The translations under genes and the position numbers were made by a program. Under the pieces are notes generated by a model. The model was given only the letters and a program-made list of their open reading frames with translations, did not search any database and was not told where the DNA came from. From Eubacteriales bacterium (GTDB lineage: Bacteria; Bacillota; Clostridia; Oscillospirales; CAG-272), in contig JAZOVZ010000041.1 of the NCBI GenBank assembly GCA_045658965.1, positions 42,669 through 106,668 of the forward strand: a DNA stretch of 64,000 bases, written 5' to 3'. Shown in pieces: positions 47,208 through 56,287 of this stretch (the stretch's first letter is position 1; the number at the start of each line of letters is the position of its first letter).

Positions 47208-49799
47208 TTAAAGACTTACGGCACGGTATACGCCGGAGCCGATGCAGCAGGTATCATCTTCGCAGCATACCTGTCTGAAGCCCTGCTTTGAGGTGATCTC
47301 AACACCTTCCTCAAAAGAAAGGATCGCGTGCGTATTGGCAGGAACTCTGACGAGATATTCGTAGCCCTTGTCGGTCTTATCTGCACGCACTTCAATCGTT
47401 CCGTGCTGACATTCATAGGTAACAGCCACGTGATCGACTCCCTTGACGTGGTAAGGCTTGACAACAAACGTCTTAAAGCCGGGCTCAGCAGGTTGAATAC
47501 CGCCAAGATAAGCATAATAAATATAAGCAAAGCCCGCATGCATGGGATGGTTGTAAGAGGAAATGCCATGGGTGCGATCCGTTTCAACGTGGTGCATCTC
47601 CAGCACTTCCCAAACCGACGTCGCACCGTCATCCATCATTGTACCAAAGCTGGTATGTCTGCGGTTGAAGAGGATCTCCATTGCAGCATCACCCATGCCT
47701 TCTTCAAACAACAAGGGAATGAGATATTTATTACCGTAGATACCTGTGCTCATTGCATAATCATCCGCCACGATGCTGTTGCGTAACGATTCCAGAAGCG
47801 CCGCTCTGTCGTATTCCGGATATACCCCCAGCGTCAACGCCACGGCATCGGATGCCCAAGTTCCGTACGTATGCTTTTCATGATCATAAAAATGACGGAT
47901 GAACGCTTCGCTGATACGATCTGCCAAATCCGTATAATACTTGGCGTTATTATAACCAAACTGGTTAGAGAGCTCTGCCATCTTGATGCAGATCTCGTAA
48001 AACATCAGCGTAGAAGAATGAGGAACGGGAATTCTGCGCGGATTCCCTTCTCCTCCGGGAGGACACCAATCACCAAGGCCTACCGAAATGATATAATCCT
48101 CGGATCTTGCCAGCTCGTGCTCCACCCACGCCTGCATCAAGTCCCAGTTACGGGTCACAGCAGCGGTGTCGTTGCAATAATGGTACAACCAATACGGAAT
48201 AATGATCTGTGCGCAGCCCCACAAGGGCGAAGCCTCACCGCATCCGCGCTTGCCGGGAGCGATCATGGTCCAAGTACCGTAAACTTCCTTTTGTGTACGA
48301 ATGTCGCTCAAATACTTTTCATAGGACGCTACCATGTTGTAATTCATGATGCCCGTATTGCATACGATCTGCGCATCGCCCAGCCAGCCGCATTTTTCAC
48401 GTGCAGGACAGTCTTCGGGCAAACCGTGGTAATTGGAGCGGAAGGTACGGTCAATCAGCTCATGCAGCAAATTCAAGTCATCAGACGAGGATTCAAACGT
48501 GCCGTTTTGTTCCAGATCGGTAGACAGCGCACAACCGACCACGATGTCGATTTCAGGCTCTTTACCGTATTCATAGCAGTAGTCCACTCCGGTCAGTTCA
48601 ACGTAGCGGAAGCCGTGATAGGTGAATCGAGGACGCCATACTTCACCGTTCACATCTCCACGCGCAATATAGATCTCTTGCTGAATACACTGGGTAGCAA
48701 ACGTTCCCGTGGAGCGGAAATCCAACTGCCCTGCTGCGTTGAGCGTTTCCGCACAACGGAACACGTAGATATGACCTCTGGAAGAACGCGGAAGGTGGAA
48801 CTCGCAAACACCTGCGAAATTCTCACCCATATCAAAGATCCACGCACCATCGCTCTTGCCGCAGCAAGGTGTTACACTAACTGCGGGAAATTGTCTGATA
48901 ATTCGCACGGGCGGCATATTACAAGGCTTCAGTACGCCCTTGGGAGTTTGATCGACAACGCAATCGATCCAGCCCGCATCACTTCCGTCTGCCTGTGCGA
49001 AATCCGGTGTTTCCAATCTTGCGTCGTAGGTTTCACCGCCGTAAATATTGTTGAGTATGATAGGGCTGTTCTTGCTTTGCCAAGTGGTATCCGTGACGAT
49101 TGCGTCACGTGTGCCATCGTCATATTCGATTTCAAGACGCGCGATCAGGCAAACGTTGCCGTAATAAAAGCCGCCGTGAATCCAAACCTGACTCTGCGCG
49201 TAAAAGCCTTCGCCCAACCAAGCTACGATCGCATTTTTATCATCGATGAACGAAGTAACGTCATACGCACGGTACAATATTTCTTTTTCATAATTTGTCA
49301 TGGGCGGATCAATATAATCATCGGCAATCTTTTTTCCGTTGATATAATATTCTGCACATCCAAGACCGCACGCATACAGCGTTGCACGGCGTACGCCCTG
49401 CTTTGCCTGAAACTTCTTTCTTAAATACGGTGCCCAGCTGACGGTATAGTCTGCAGGAGTGATCCACTGTGCCTGCCACATATCGGGATACAATTCGGTA
49501 GAAAACTGCAGCGATGCAATTGCGCTTCTGTCGTAATTATCTTTGATGCAAAGATTCCAAACGTAATCAGTAGCCGGTTGCAAAAACAATTCGTCAAACG
49601 TGATATCACAGGACTGATCGGATTCAACGGTATCGGAGTCAAACACGATCTCATTATCCTTGCATACGGTAACGCGATAGGTTTTTTGAACCACGTTTTC
49701 ACGTTCCGATTTCATTTTCCATGAAAATCTGATTCCATGCGTCAATACAAGGTTGGGCTCAGGATTATGATCAATTCTTAAATCAAACAGTTGCAGCAT
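47208..49799 (-). CDS. Alpha-L-rhamnosidase (GH78)
   Basis: 863 aa. GH78 signature EDCPAREKCGWLGDAQ and an (alpha/alpha)6 catalytic region. No signal peptide. Confidence 0.88.
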   Translation of the reverse strand: MLQLFDLRIDHNPEPNLVLTHGIRFSWKMKSERENVVQKTYRVTVCKDNEIVFDSDTVESDQSCDITFDELFLQPATDYVWNLCIKDNYDRSAIASLQFSTELYPDMWQAQWITPADYTVSWAPYLRKKFQAKQGVRRATLYACGLGCAEYYINGKKIADDYIDPPMTNYEKEILYRAYDVTSFIDDKNAIVAWLGEGFYAQSQVWIHGGFYYGNVCLIARLEIEYDDGTRDAIVTDTTWQSKNSPIILNNIYGGETYDARLETPDFAQADGSDAGWIDCVVDQTPKGVLKPCNMPPVRIIRQFPAVSVTPCCGKSDGAWIFDMGENFAGVCEFHLPRSSRGHIYVFRCAETLNAAGQLDFRSTGTFATQCIQQEIYIARGDVNGEVWRPRFTYHGFRYVELTGVDYCYEYGKEPEIDIVVGCALSTDLEQNGTFESSSDDLNLLHELIDRTFRSNYHGLPEDCPAREKCGWLGDAQIVCNTGIMNYNMVASYEKYLSDIRTQKEVYGTWTMIAPGKRGCGEASPLWGCAQIIIPYWLYHYCNDTAAVTRNWDLMQAWVEHELARSEDYIISVGLGDWCPPGGEGNPRRIPVPHSSTLMFYEICIKMAELSNQFGYNNAKYYTDLADRISEAFIRHFYDHEKHTYGTWASDAVALTLGVYPEYDRAALLESLRNSIVADDYAMSTGIYGNKYLIPLLFEEGMGDAAMEILFNRRHTSFGTMMDDGATSVWEVLEMHHVETDRTHGISSYNHPMHAGFAYIYYAYLGGIQPAEPGFKTFVVKPYHVKGVDHVAVTYECQHGTIEVRADKTDKGYEYLVRVPANTHAILSFEEGVEITSKQGFRQVCCEDDTCCIGSGVYRAVSL

Positions 49800-49836
49800 G
49801 TATTGCCTCCATCTCTCCTAATATCTTGGTATATAC

Positions 49837-49865
49837 ATTATAGCAGATAAATTCCGGATAGTCAA
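49837..49865 (-). promoter_or_regulatory. Sigma-A promoter of the GH78 gene at 47208-49799
   Basis: The minus strand reads TTGACT, 17 nt, TATAAT. Confidence 0.55.
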
Positions 49866-50397
49866 TTTGATTGAAAAAATTTTCACATTCGTTTTTTCCG
49901 TTTGGTACAACATCAACAAAAATTCAAATCGTTTTTGCCTGTTTCGCATATTATCAAAACCGCCCTTGCGACATTTGTGCATTTTGACCATGCCGCGTCC
50001 GTTATACATGGTGCGACATTGACCCATCTCGCGCTTAGCACCTCAAATGCGTACGTGCTACCGTTTTTGCTTGATTTCACGCTACGCTATCGTATTTCCC
50101 TTATTTATCAATGCTTTTTTCGCACGCCTATTGAGTTTAGTATGCTTTACTATCGCAAATTCGCGCCTCGCGGGCCTTCAAAACGGTCATTTTTAGTGTT
50201 TTTCAACACGACAACCGTGTCGTGTCGGAGCGCACCGCGCAACGATCTTTGCGCATCAATAATTGCACCGTTTTTTACTGGTTTTGATCAAATTATTGTT
50301 ATATTTTGACCGCTTTTTTTGGTTTTTGCGTATTTTTACTATATTGTCACTTTGTTATGAATTTGCATATTGTACAGAGCTATTTTTGCTTTTTGTA

Positions 50398-50426
50398 TTG
50401 ACAAATTAACACTTCTAATATAAAAT
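50398..50426 (+). promoter_or_regulatory. Sigma-A promoter of the LRR gene
   Basis: TTGACA, 17 nt, TAAAAT. Confidence 0.55.
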
Positions 50427-50482
50427 AAGTGCACGAACAACGGATTGGCTTCCGTGTATTTTGAGGAAAGTGAGGTTTCGCC

Positions 50483-51145
50483 ATGCAACAAATCAAGGCA
50501 TCTGAAGGACTTGCGTTCACCGCAATCAACGAGAATGAGTGTGCCCTTTCCGGCATCGGCACCTGTACAGACCGCAACATCGTGATCCCGACCGAACACA
50601 TGGGCAGAACCGTAACCGGCATTGCCGACATGGCATTTGCACACAACCACGAGATCGTTTCCGTTCTCATTCCCGCATCCGTTACAGTGATCGGTGATTA
50701 TGCGTTTGCGTGGTGTCACGCACTTACGTCGGTCACCATCGATAACCACGGTGTCAGAGCGATCGGTGAGCGTTGCTTCATTGGTTGCGACAGCATGACC
50801 AATCTTTATCTTGGCGATGCGATCCGCTCCATCGGTGAGAAGGCATTTGCTTTTTGCGCTTCCCTGCAAACGCTCTCGCTTCCTTACGGTACACGCGAGG
50901 TTGGACATTCCGCTTTTGAGGGTTGCACCGCTCTTGTTTCCGTAATCCTTCCCGAAACGTTGGATACACTCCCCAACAATATGTTTGGCGCATGCATCTC
51001 CCTTCGCGACGTTTCCCTCTCTTCCCTGACTAAATCCATAGGCTATTATGCCTTCTCCTACTGCCGCAACCTGTGCAACATCAACGTAGGTAACGCTCTG
51101 GTAGACGATCAGGCGTTCATGGGCTGCGAGGCTTTAGCAGGCTAA
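50483..51145 (+). CDS. Leucine-rich repeat protein (BspA-type LRR_5 repeats), no signal peptide
   Basis: 220 aa made of ~23-aa repeats of the form IP.SVT.IG..AF..C..L. Confidence 0.8.
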   Translation: MQQIKASEGLAFTAINENECALSGIGTCTDRNIVIPTEHMGRTVTGIADMAFAHNHEIVSVLIPASVTVIGDYAFAWCHALTSVTIDNHGVRAIGERCFIGCDSMTNLYLGDAIRSIGEKAFAFCASLQTLSLPYGTREVGHSAFEGCTALVSVILPETLDTLPNNMFGACISLRDVSLSSLTKSIGYYAFSYCRNLCNINVGNALVDDQAFMGCEALAG

Positions 51146-51166
51146 AGAAAACACGGTGATATACAG

Positions 51167-51198
51167 ACAGACCGAGAATCAAGCTCGGTCTGTTTTTT
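51167..51198 (+). terminator. Rho-independent terminator after the LRR gene
   Basis: ACAGACCGAG-AATCAAG-CTCGGTCTGT, then TTTTT. Confidence 0.8.
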
Positions 51199-51221
51199 AT
51201 TTAACAATTTTTGCAAATCTC

Positions 51222-51250
51222 TTGCAATTCCCTTGTACATATGCTATACT
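51222..51250 (+). promoter_or_regulatory. Sigma-A promoter of the second GH78 gene
   Basis: TTGCAA, 17 nt, TATACT. Confidence 0.5.
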
Positions 51251-51285
51251 TGAGACAATGACCAACATCTTATGGAGGTGCTAAT

Positions 51286-53808
51286 ATGCAAGAACTCATG
51301 AATTCAAAAAACGCAAATTGGATCTCGTTCCGTTATCCCGGTATCAATGAATTAACCAAGATCACCAACCCTTGGGAAAAGCTTGATCTTTCCGCACAGG
51401 CGAAGCCCATCCAGTCCAGACACGGTCTTGCTCTGTTCCGCAAAACATTTGCAGCAAGCAAGACGGATGAGGTGCGAATTGCGGCTACGTCTATGGGCAT
51501 TTTTGATCTGTACTGCAACGGAAAGCGCGTCGGACGCATTGACGAGAACGGTAATGAGGTATATGACGAGCTCAAACCCGGTTATTATGAATTCAACAAG
51601 AGAGCTTTGTACTTTACGTACGACTTGGCTCCTTATCTGGCAGACGGTGAAAACGTAATCCTTGCTGCAGTTGCTCCCGGCTGGAGAAACGGACGCATTG
51701 CCTTCGACGCATTCAAGGGTGAGCCCGAGGCATTCCGTGCTGTCATCACCGTGAACGGTACCCCCATTTATACCGATGCAACCTGGCAGGCAAGCTGGGG
51801 CGGCAGAGTCCGTGCCGCAGATATCTGGGACGGTGAACTGTATAACGCAAGCTATCCTTCTTATGAATCTATCAGCCAAGCAGGCTATGACACCTCCGAT
51901 TGGAGTACGCCCTCTGTTGACGAGCATGACGTAGAGATCACGCCCTTTATTGGGCCTACAGTTATGGTTCGCCCCGAGCTGACAAGAAAGCCCATCACCT
52001 TAACCGTCCATGACGGCACGATCGAAAACGGCACCGAGTACGGTGAGATCAACGTGGTCTACGCTGCCGAAAACCAGGATGCTGTCGTACTGAAAAAAGG
52101 TCAGACGCTGACTTACGACCTTGGTCAGAACATGGTGGGCTTCCCCGTATTTACCGTCAAGGGTGATGCAGAAACCGCGATCCAGGTGCGAGCATCTGAA
52201 TTTCTGAATGATAGCGGCTCTACCGAGCGCGGCAACGACGGTCCTAAGGGCTCTGTTTATACCATCAACTACAGAAGCGCAAGCGCTAAGGCATATTATC
52301 TGCTCGAGGGGAACCCCGCAGGAGAATCCTATCAGCCGACCTTCTCGTTCTTTGGCTTCCGCTATATCGAGATCGTGGCAGATCACGACATCGAAATCCT
52401 CTCCTTCTGCGCAAAGGTGATCGGATCCGCTACACACGAAACCGGCAAGATGGAAACTTCAAACGCGCTTGTTAATCAGCTGATTTCCAACGTCATCTGG
52501 GGTCAGCGCGGAAACTACTTGTACGTCCCCACCGACTGTCCGCAGAGAGACGAGCGCCTGGGTTGGACGGGTGATACGCAGATTTTCTGTAACACCGCTG
52601 CCTACAACGCCGACGTACGTCTGTTCTTCCACAAGTGGTTACAGGATGCAAGAGACAGCCAGGCTAACTGGGGCGGATATCCCGATGTCATCCCTGCGGC
52701 ACGTGTCGTAGGATGCGGCGGTGCAGCTTGGGGCGACGCAGGCATCATTGTTCCCTACGTCATGTACAAAATGTACGGTGACGTGGAGCTGCTGCGCGAT
52801 CACTACGACTCCATGAAGAAATGCATGGATATGTTTGAGGCACGTGACATCAACATGCCGCACAAGCATGCTGCATACGGTGACTGGTTGGCGTATGAGC
52901 CTACAGATCACTGGATGGTCTCGGTGTGCTACGCTGCATTTGATGCCCGCCTGATGATCACCATTGCACGTGCACTCGGCAAGGAAAAGGACGCGAAGCA
53001 CTACGAAAGAGTTTTCGAGGGCTACAAAGCACACTATAACAATTTCTACTGTGACGAAAACGGCGATCTGCTGCCTCAGCACCAGACCCAGACCGCATAT
53101 CTGATGGGTCTTAAATTCCAGCTGCTGCAGGAAAAGAACAGACCCGCTGCAATTGCTGCACTGCGTAAGAAGATCATTGACAACGGTCACAAGCTTTCCA
53201 CCGGCTTTGTCGGCACGGGTATTCTCGCACAGACCTTGGCAGAGATCGGCGAAAACGATCTGGCATATTCCCTCTTGCTCCAGCGCGACAATCCCTCTTG
53301 GCTGTACTCCGTAGATCAGGGCGCAACCACCATTTGGGAGAGATGGAACTCTTACACGCTCGCAACCGGCTTTGGCAACGTGGCAATGAATTCCTTCAAC
53401 CACTACGCATACGGCGCAGTGCAGGAATGGCTGTACAGACACGCAGCAGGTATTGAATACGATCCCGCAGCTCCCGGCTTTGAGCGCGCGATCCTTCAGC
53501 CCAAGCCCGATACCAGAACTGCAGAGGAGCTGCCCGAGGGTCAGCAGAACATCACTTACCTCAAGACTTCCTACGAGTCTTACCACGGCACCATCGTATC
53601 CAATTGGTCGACCGAAAACGGCTTTGATTACTATTGTGAGGTTGCTATGCCCACAAGACTGTATCTGCCTATTCTGACCAAGAACGACAGCTTTACCTTA
53701 AACGGTGTCAGCCATAAGTTCTCGGAATTCCACCAGGCTCCCTATAACGACAGACTCAACAGAATCGTCATTGACCTGGCTCCCGGTAAGTATCAATTCA
53801 ATATGTAA
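51286..53808 (+). CDS. Alpha-L-rhamnosidase (GH78), second and divergent copy
   Basis: 840 aa. TDCPQRDERLGWTGDTQ signature and IWERWNS. Confidence 0.88.
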   Translation: MQELMNSKNANWISFRYPGINELTKITNPWEKLDLSAQAKPIQSRHGLALFRKTFAASKTDEVRIAATSMGIFDLYCNGKRVGRIDENGNEVYDELKPGYYEFNKRALYFTYDLAPYLADGENVILAAVAPGWRNGRIAFDAFKGEPEAFRAVITVNGTPIYTDATWQASWGGRVRAADIWDGELYNASYPSYESISQAGYDTSDWSTPSVDEHDVEITPFIGPTVMVRPELTRKPITLTVHDGTIENGTEYGEINVVYAAENQDAVVLKKGQTLTYDLGQNMVGFPVFTVKGDAETAIQVRASEFLNDSGSTERGNDGPKGSVYTINYRSASAKAYYLLEGNPAGESYQPTFSFFGFRYIEIVADHDIEILSFCAKVIGSATHETGKMETSNALVNQLISNVIWGQRGNYLYVPTDCPQRDERLGWTGDTQIFCNTAAYNADVRLFFHKWLQDARDSQANWGGYPDVIPAARVVGCGGAAWGDAGIIVPYVMYKMYGDVELLRDHYDSMKKCMDMFEARDINMPHKHAAYGDWLAYEPTDHWMVSVCYAAFDARLMITIARALGKEKDAKHYERVFEGYKAHYNNFYCDENGDLLPQHQTQTAYLMGLKFQLLQEKNRPAAIAALRKKIIDNGHKLSTGFVGTGILAQTLAEIGENDLAYSLLLQRDNPSWLYSVDQGATTIWERWNSYTLATGFGNVAMNSFNHYAYGAVQEWLYRHAAGIEYDPAAPGFERAILQPKPDTRTAEELPEGQQNITYLKTSYESYHGTIVSNWSTENGFDYYCEVAMPTRLYLPILTKNDSFTLNGVSHKFSEFHQAPYNDRLNRIVIDLAPGKYQFNM

Positions 53809-53815
53809 TAAACGT

Positions 53816-53846
53816 AAAGCGGCTGTCTTCGGACAGCCGCTTTTCT
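53816..53846 (+). terminator. Rho-independent terminator
   Basis: GCGGCTGTC-TTCG-GACAGCCGC, then TTTT. Confidence 0.8.
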
Positions 53847-53912
53847 TGATTGGGTCTTGCAATATCGGTTTACATGTGTTATAATGAACATATAAAAAAT
53901 AAAGAGGACGAT

Positions 53913-54326
53913 ATGAAGGTAGAATTTTTCGATTCCCTGCCCGAATCCGCAAAACACATACGTGAACTCGTATTCATGCGCGAACAGGGCTTCAAGGAAG
54001 AATTTGATGCGCTGGACGAGATTGCAACGCATCTTGTCGCGTTTGACGGTGACAAACCCGTAGCGGTCTGCCGCATTTGGCTTGCCGAGGACGGCTATCA
54101 CGTCGGCAGGCTGGCAGTCATCATGCCAAAGCGCGGCATGGGGCTTGGCGGCATAATGCTTGCAGAGGCAGAAAAATACGCACGCGAACTGGGTGGGCGC
54201 AGCATTTCCCTGCACGCACAATGCAGAGCCGAGCAATTCTATCGCAAGTATGGCTATACGCCTTACGGTGAGATGGACTACGACGAAGGCGTTGAGCACG
54301 TGCACATGAAAAAGATTTTGAACTGA
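53913..54326 (+). CDS. GNAT-family N-acetyltransferase
   Basis: 137 aa with the acetyl-CoA motif KRGMGLGGIMLAEAE. ATG follows the AAAGAGGA SD. Confidence 0.85.
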   Translation: MKVEFFDSLPESAKHIRELVFMREQGFKEEFDALDEIATHLVAFDGDKPVAVCRIWLAEDGYHVGRLAVIMPKRGMGLGGIMLAEAEKYARELGGRSISLHAQCRAEQFYRKYGYTPYGEMDYDEGVEHVHMKKILN

Positions 54327-54335
54327 GAGGTTTTT

Positions 54336-54995
54336 ATGGCTATTTTGGTTGAACATAATAAAGAATGGAACAAAGCGTATAAGGAGCAATCCAAGCTGAT
54401 TAAAAAATCGTTGGGCAAGTCTTGCGTGGGTACGTATCATATTGGCTCAACCGCCATTCCCGGTGCGCCTGCAAAACCCGTGATCGATATCATGGTAGTG
54501 CTCAAGGACGTTGAGGCGGCAAAGCAGCTTGTCGCGCTTGGATACGTTGATCAAGGCGACGGCACGTATCTGTTGCAGGAGTCTGTGATCTCCTATATGG
54601 CATATTGCGCAGACGCAAACGACCACGACACGATCGACGCACACATGGGCATTCTCGGCAAGCACCGTGCAAGCAAGAAGGACACGCAGGCGTGGAGCGA
54701 GCAAAAGCAAGCTTGGGCGCAGCAATTTGCAAACGACCCGCAAGGCTATGAGGATGCAAAAAAGGCGTATTTTGAGCAGATCGCACCCGAGGCGCGCGAA
54801 AAGAATCGCCGCGAGCAAAAACTTGGTACTTATATGGCCATTGGCATGTGCCTTGGTATGAGTATTGGTGTTGCTTTGGGATCTGCAATGGGCAATATCA
54901 GCGTAGGCATGTGCATCGGCATCAGCGTGGGCATGTGTCTGGGGCTGGCGCTGGGAGCCGCTCAAACCAAAAAAAACGGAGACAAACACGAATAA
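54336..54995 (+). CDS. GrpB-family (UPF0157) protein with a C-terminal glycine-zipper membrane segment
   Basis: YHIGSTAIPGAPAKPVIDIMVVL GrpB core. C-terminus is GMCLGMSIGVALGSAMGNISVGMCIGISVGMCLGLALGA. Confidence 0.7.
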   Translation: MAILVEHNKEWNKAYKEQSKLIKKSLGKSCVGTYHIGSTAIPGAPAKPVIDIMVVLKDVEAAKQLVALGYVDQGDGTYLLQESVISYMAYCADANDHDTIDAHMGILGKHRASKKDTQAWSEQKQAWAQQFANDPQGYEDAKKAYFEQIAPEAREKNRREQKLGTYMAIGMCLGMSIGVALGSAMGNISVGMCIGISVGMCLGLALGAAQTKKNGDKHE

Positions 54996-55031
54996 CGGTT
55001 GCATATCAATTTTTATAGAAAGGTAACGCAC

Positions 55032-55517
55032 ATGAAGAATAATCATAAAGGTCACTTTAGCAACAAGGGATTTTCACTGGTAGAATTAATTGTTGTCATA
55101 GCGGTTATGGCAATTCTTGCGGCAATCGCAATTCCTACGTTTGCGCATTTTATCAACAAAGCAAGCATGGCTTCCGATATTGACTTTATGAATAAACTCG
55201 AGCGTGCGATCATATATGCCTCCGCTACACAGGATGACGTTGAGCTGAACGAAATCAAAGTTGTTGTCAATACATATGACAATCGAATCCTGATGATTCA
55301 ATACGTTTTGCACGATAAAGACGATCTGCAAAAGCTATACCCCATTACTATAGACGCTGACAGCGACCTTGTGTCTATGTTAGCGATAGATTGGAGCTAC
55401 GAATTCATGGCTTTGGACAGTCTGAATGAAGACGGGATAATGGATCACGAAAATTGGCAATCGAATTGGCAAATCAAGCTGCAAACCGTCAATCCATGGG
55501 ATGAAATTCCGGAATAA
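55032..55517 (+). CDS. Prepilin-type N-terminal cleavage/methylation domain protein (type IV pilin/pseudopilin)
   Basis: Leader MKNNHKGHFSNKG, then FSLVELIVVIAVMAILAAIAIPTF. Confidence 0.82.
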   Translation: MKNNHKGHFSNKGFSLVELIVVIAVMAILAAIAIPTFAHFINKASMASDIDFMNKLERAIIYASATQDDVELNEIKVVVNTYDNRILMIQYVLHDKDDLQKLYPITIDADSDLVSMLAIDWSYEFMALDSLNEDGIMDHENWQSNWQIKLQTVNPWDEIPE

Positions 55518-55518
55518 A

Positions 55519-55552
55519 CGTAACCCCCGCACCGAGTGCGGGGGTTTTTACG
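55519..55552. terminator. Bidirectional terminator (pilin gene / pcp)
   Basis: ACCCCCGCA-CCGAG-TGCGGGGGT, then TTTT. Confidence 0.8.
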
Positions 55553-55566
55553 TTCAATTGTATCAT

Positions 55567-56154
55567 TCATATTGCAGCAATCATGCACGCCAACGCTGCC
55601 ACGATCTCCCCAAGCGTCATACACGGCTGCCCCTCTCCTGCTTGCTCGGGCAGGTACGGCACGTGAATAAACCCGACCTTGATATTCGTGTCGTGGTAAT
55701 GATGCAGAAGCGTATACAGCACGTCGTTGCATACAAATCTGCCCGCGCTATAGGACAATTTGCACGGCAGACCTGCGCTGCGCACCTCTCGCAGGATATC
55801 GTTTACGGGCAGCGTCGTAGTGTACGAAGCGGGTGCACTTGGTATGATCGGTGTTGCAAGCGGCGCATTGCCCGCATTATCCGCAATTCTCGCGTGTCGC
55901 AGATTGACACCGTACACCTCGGGTGTGACACTGTCTCTGCCGCCCGCCTGCCCTACACATATAATCGCATCGGGCTGCTGATCTTGTGCTGCTGTCAACA
56001 CTGTCTGCGCAGCAAGTCCGAAAACTGTTGGAATCTCGATTTTAGTCAACTGCCAGTCCCCTATTTTGTCAGGCAAACGCTTGACCGCCTCCCAAGACGG
56101 GTTTACAGTAGCACCGCCAAACGGGTCAAAGCCCGTGATCAGTAGTTTTTTCAT
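55567..56154 (-). CDS. pcp: Pyroglutamyl-peptidase I
   Basis: LITGFDPFGG N-terminus, catalytic Cys context GRFVCNDVLY, and His in FIHVPY. Confidence 0.93.
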   Translation of the reverse strand: MKKLLITGFDPFGGATVNPSWEAVKRLPDKIGDWQLTKIEIPTVFGLAAQTVLTAAQDQQPDAIICVGQAGGRDSVTPEVYGVNLRHARIADNAGNAPLATPIIPSAPASYTTTLPVNDILREVRSAGLPCKLSYSAGRFVCNDVLYTLLHHYHDTNIKVGFIHVPYLPEQAGEGQPCMTLGEIVAALACMIAAI

Positions 56155-56287
56155 ACTATCCCCTCTTTCTTGCAGTTATTCTATCATAAATCGCGCGTTT
56201 TTTCAAGTATCGCACCGGTTTCTGTTGACAAATTTCTCCCGATACTGTATGATATAAGTAACGATATATGAAGGCGAGGTAATACAG

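Noticed and set aside
47871-49424. 517-aa ORF on the plus strand. Similar long antisense ORFs occur at 6722-7864, 29173-30126, 32053-33039, 39804-40706, 40796-41890, 41925-42821, 52639-53586, 56156-57493 and 60747-61841.
   Set aside because: Each one is fully nested antisense to a CDS with clear family motifs. None has a plausible SD or any recognisable domain.
49902-50309. 135-aa ORF in the large intergenic region
   Set aside because: It has a TTG start without an SD, a hydrophobic low-complexity translation, and no motif. It was treated as non-coding, and the region is reported as a finding instead.
50463-50475. GAGGAAAGTGAGG, resembling the RNase P RNA GAGGAAAGTCC box
   Set aside because: It is the SD region 8 nt upstream of the LRR gene start, and no other RNase P conserved elements are nearby.
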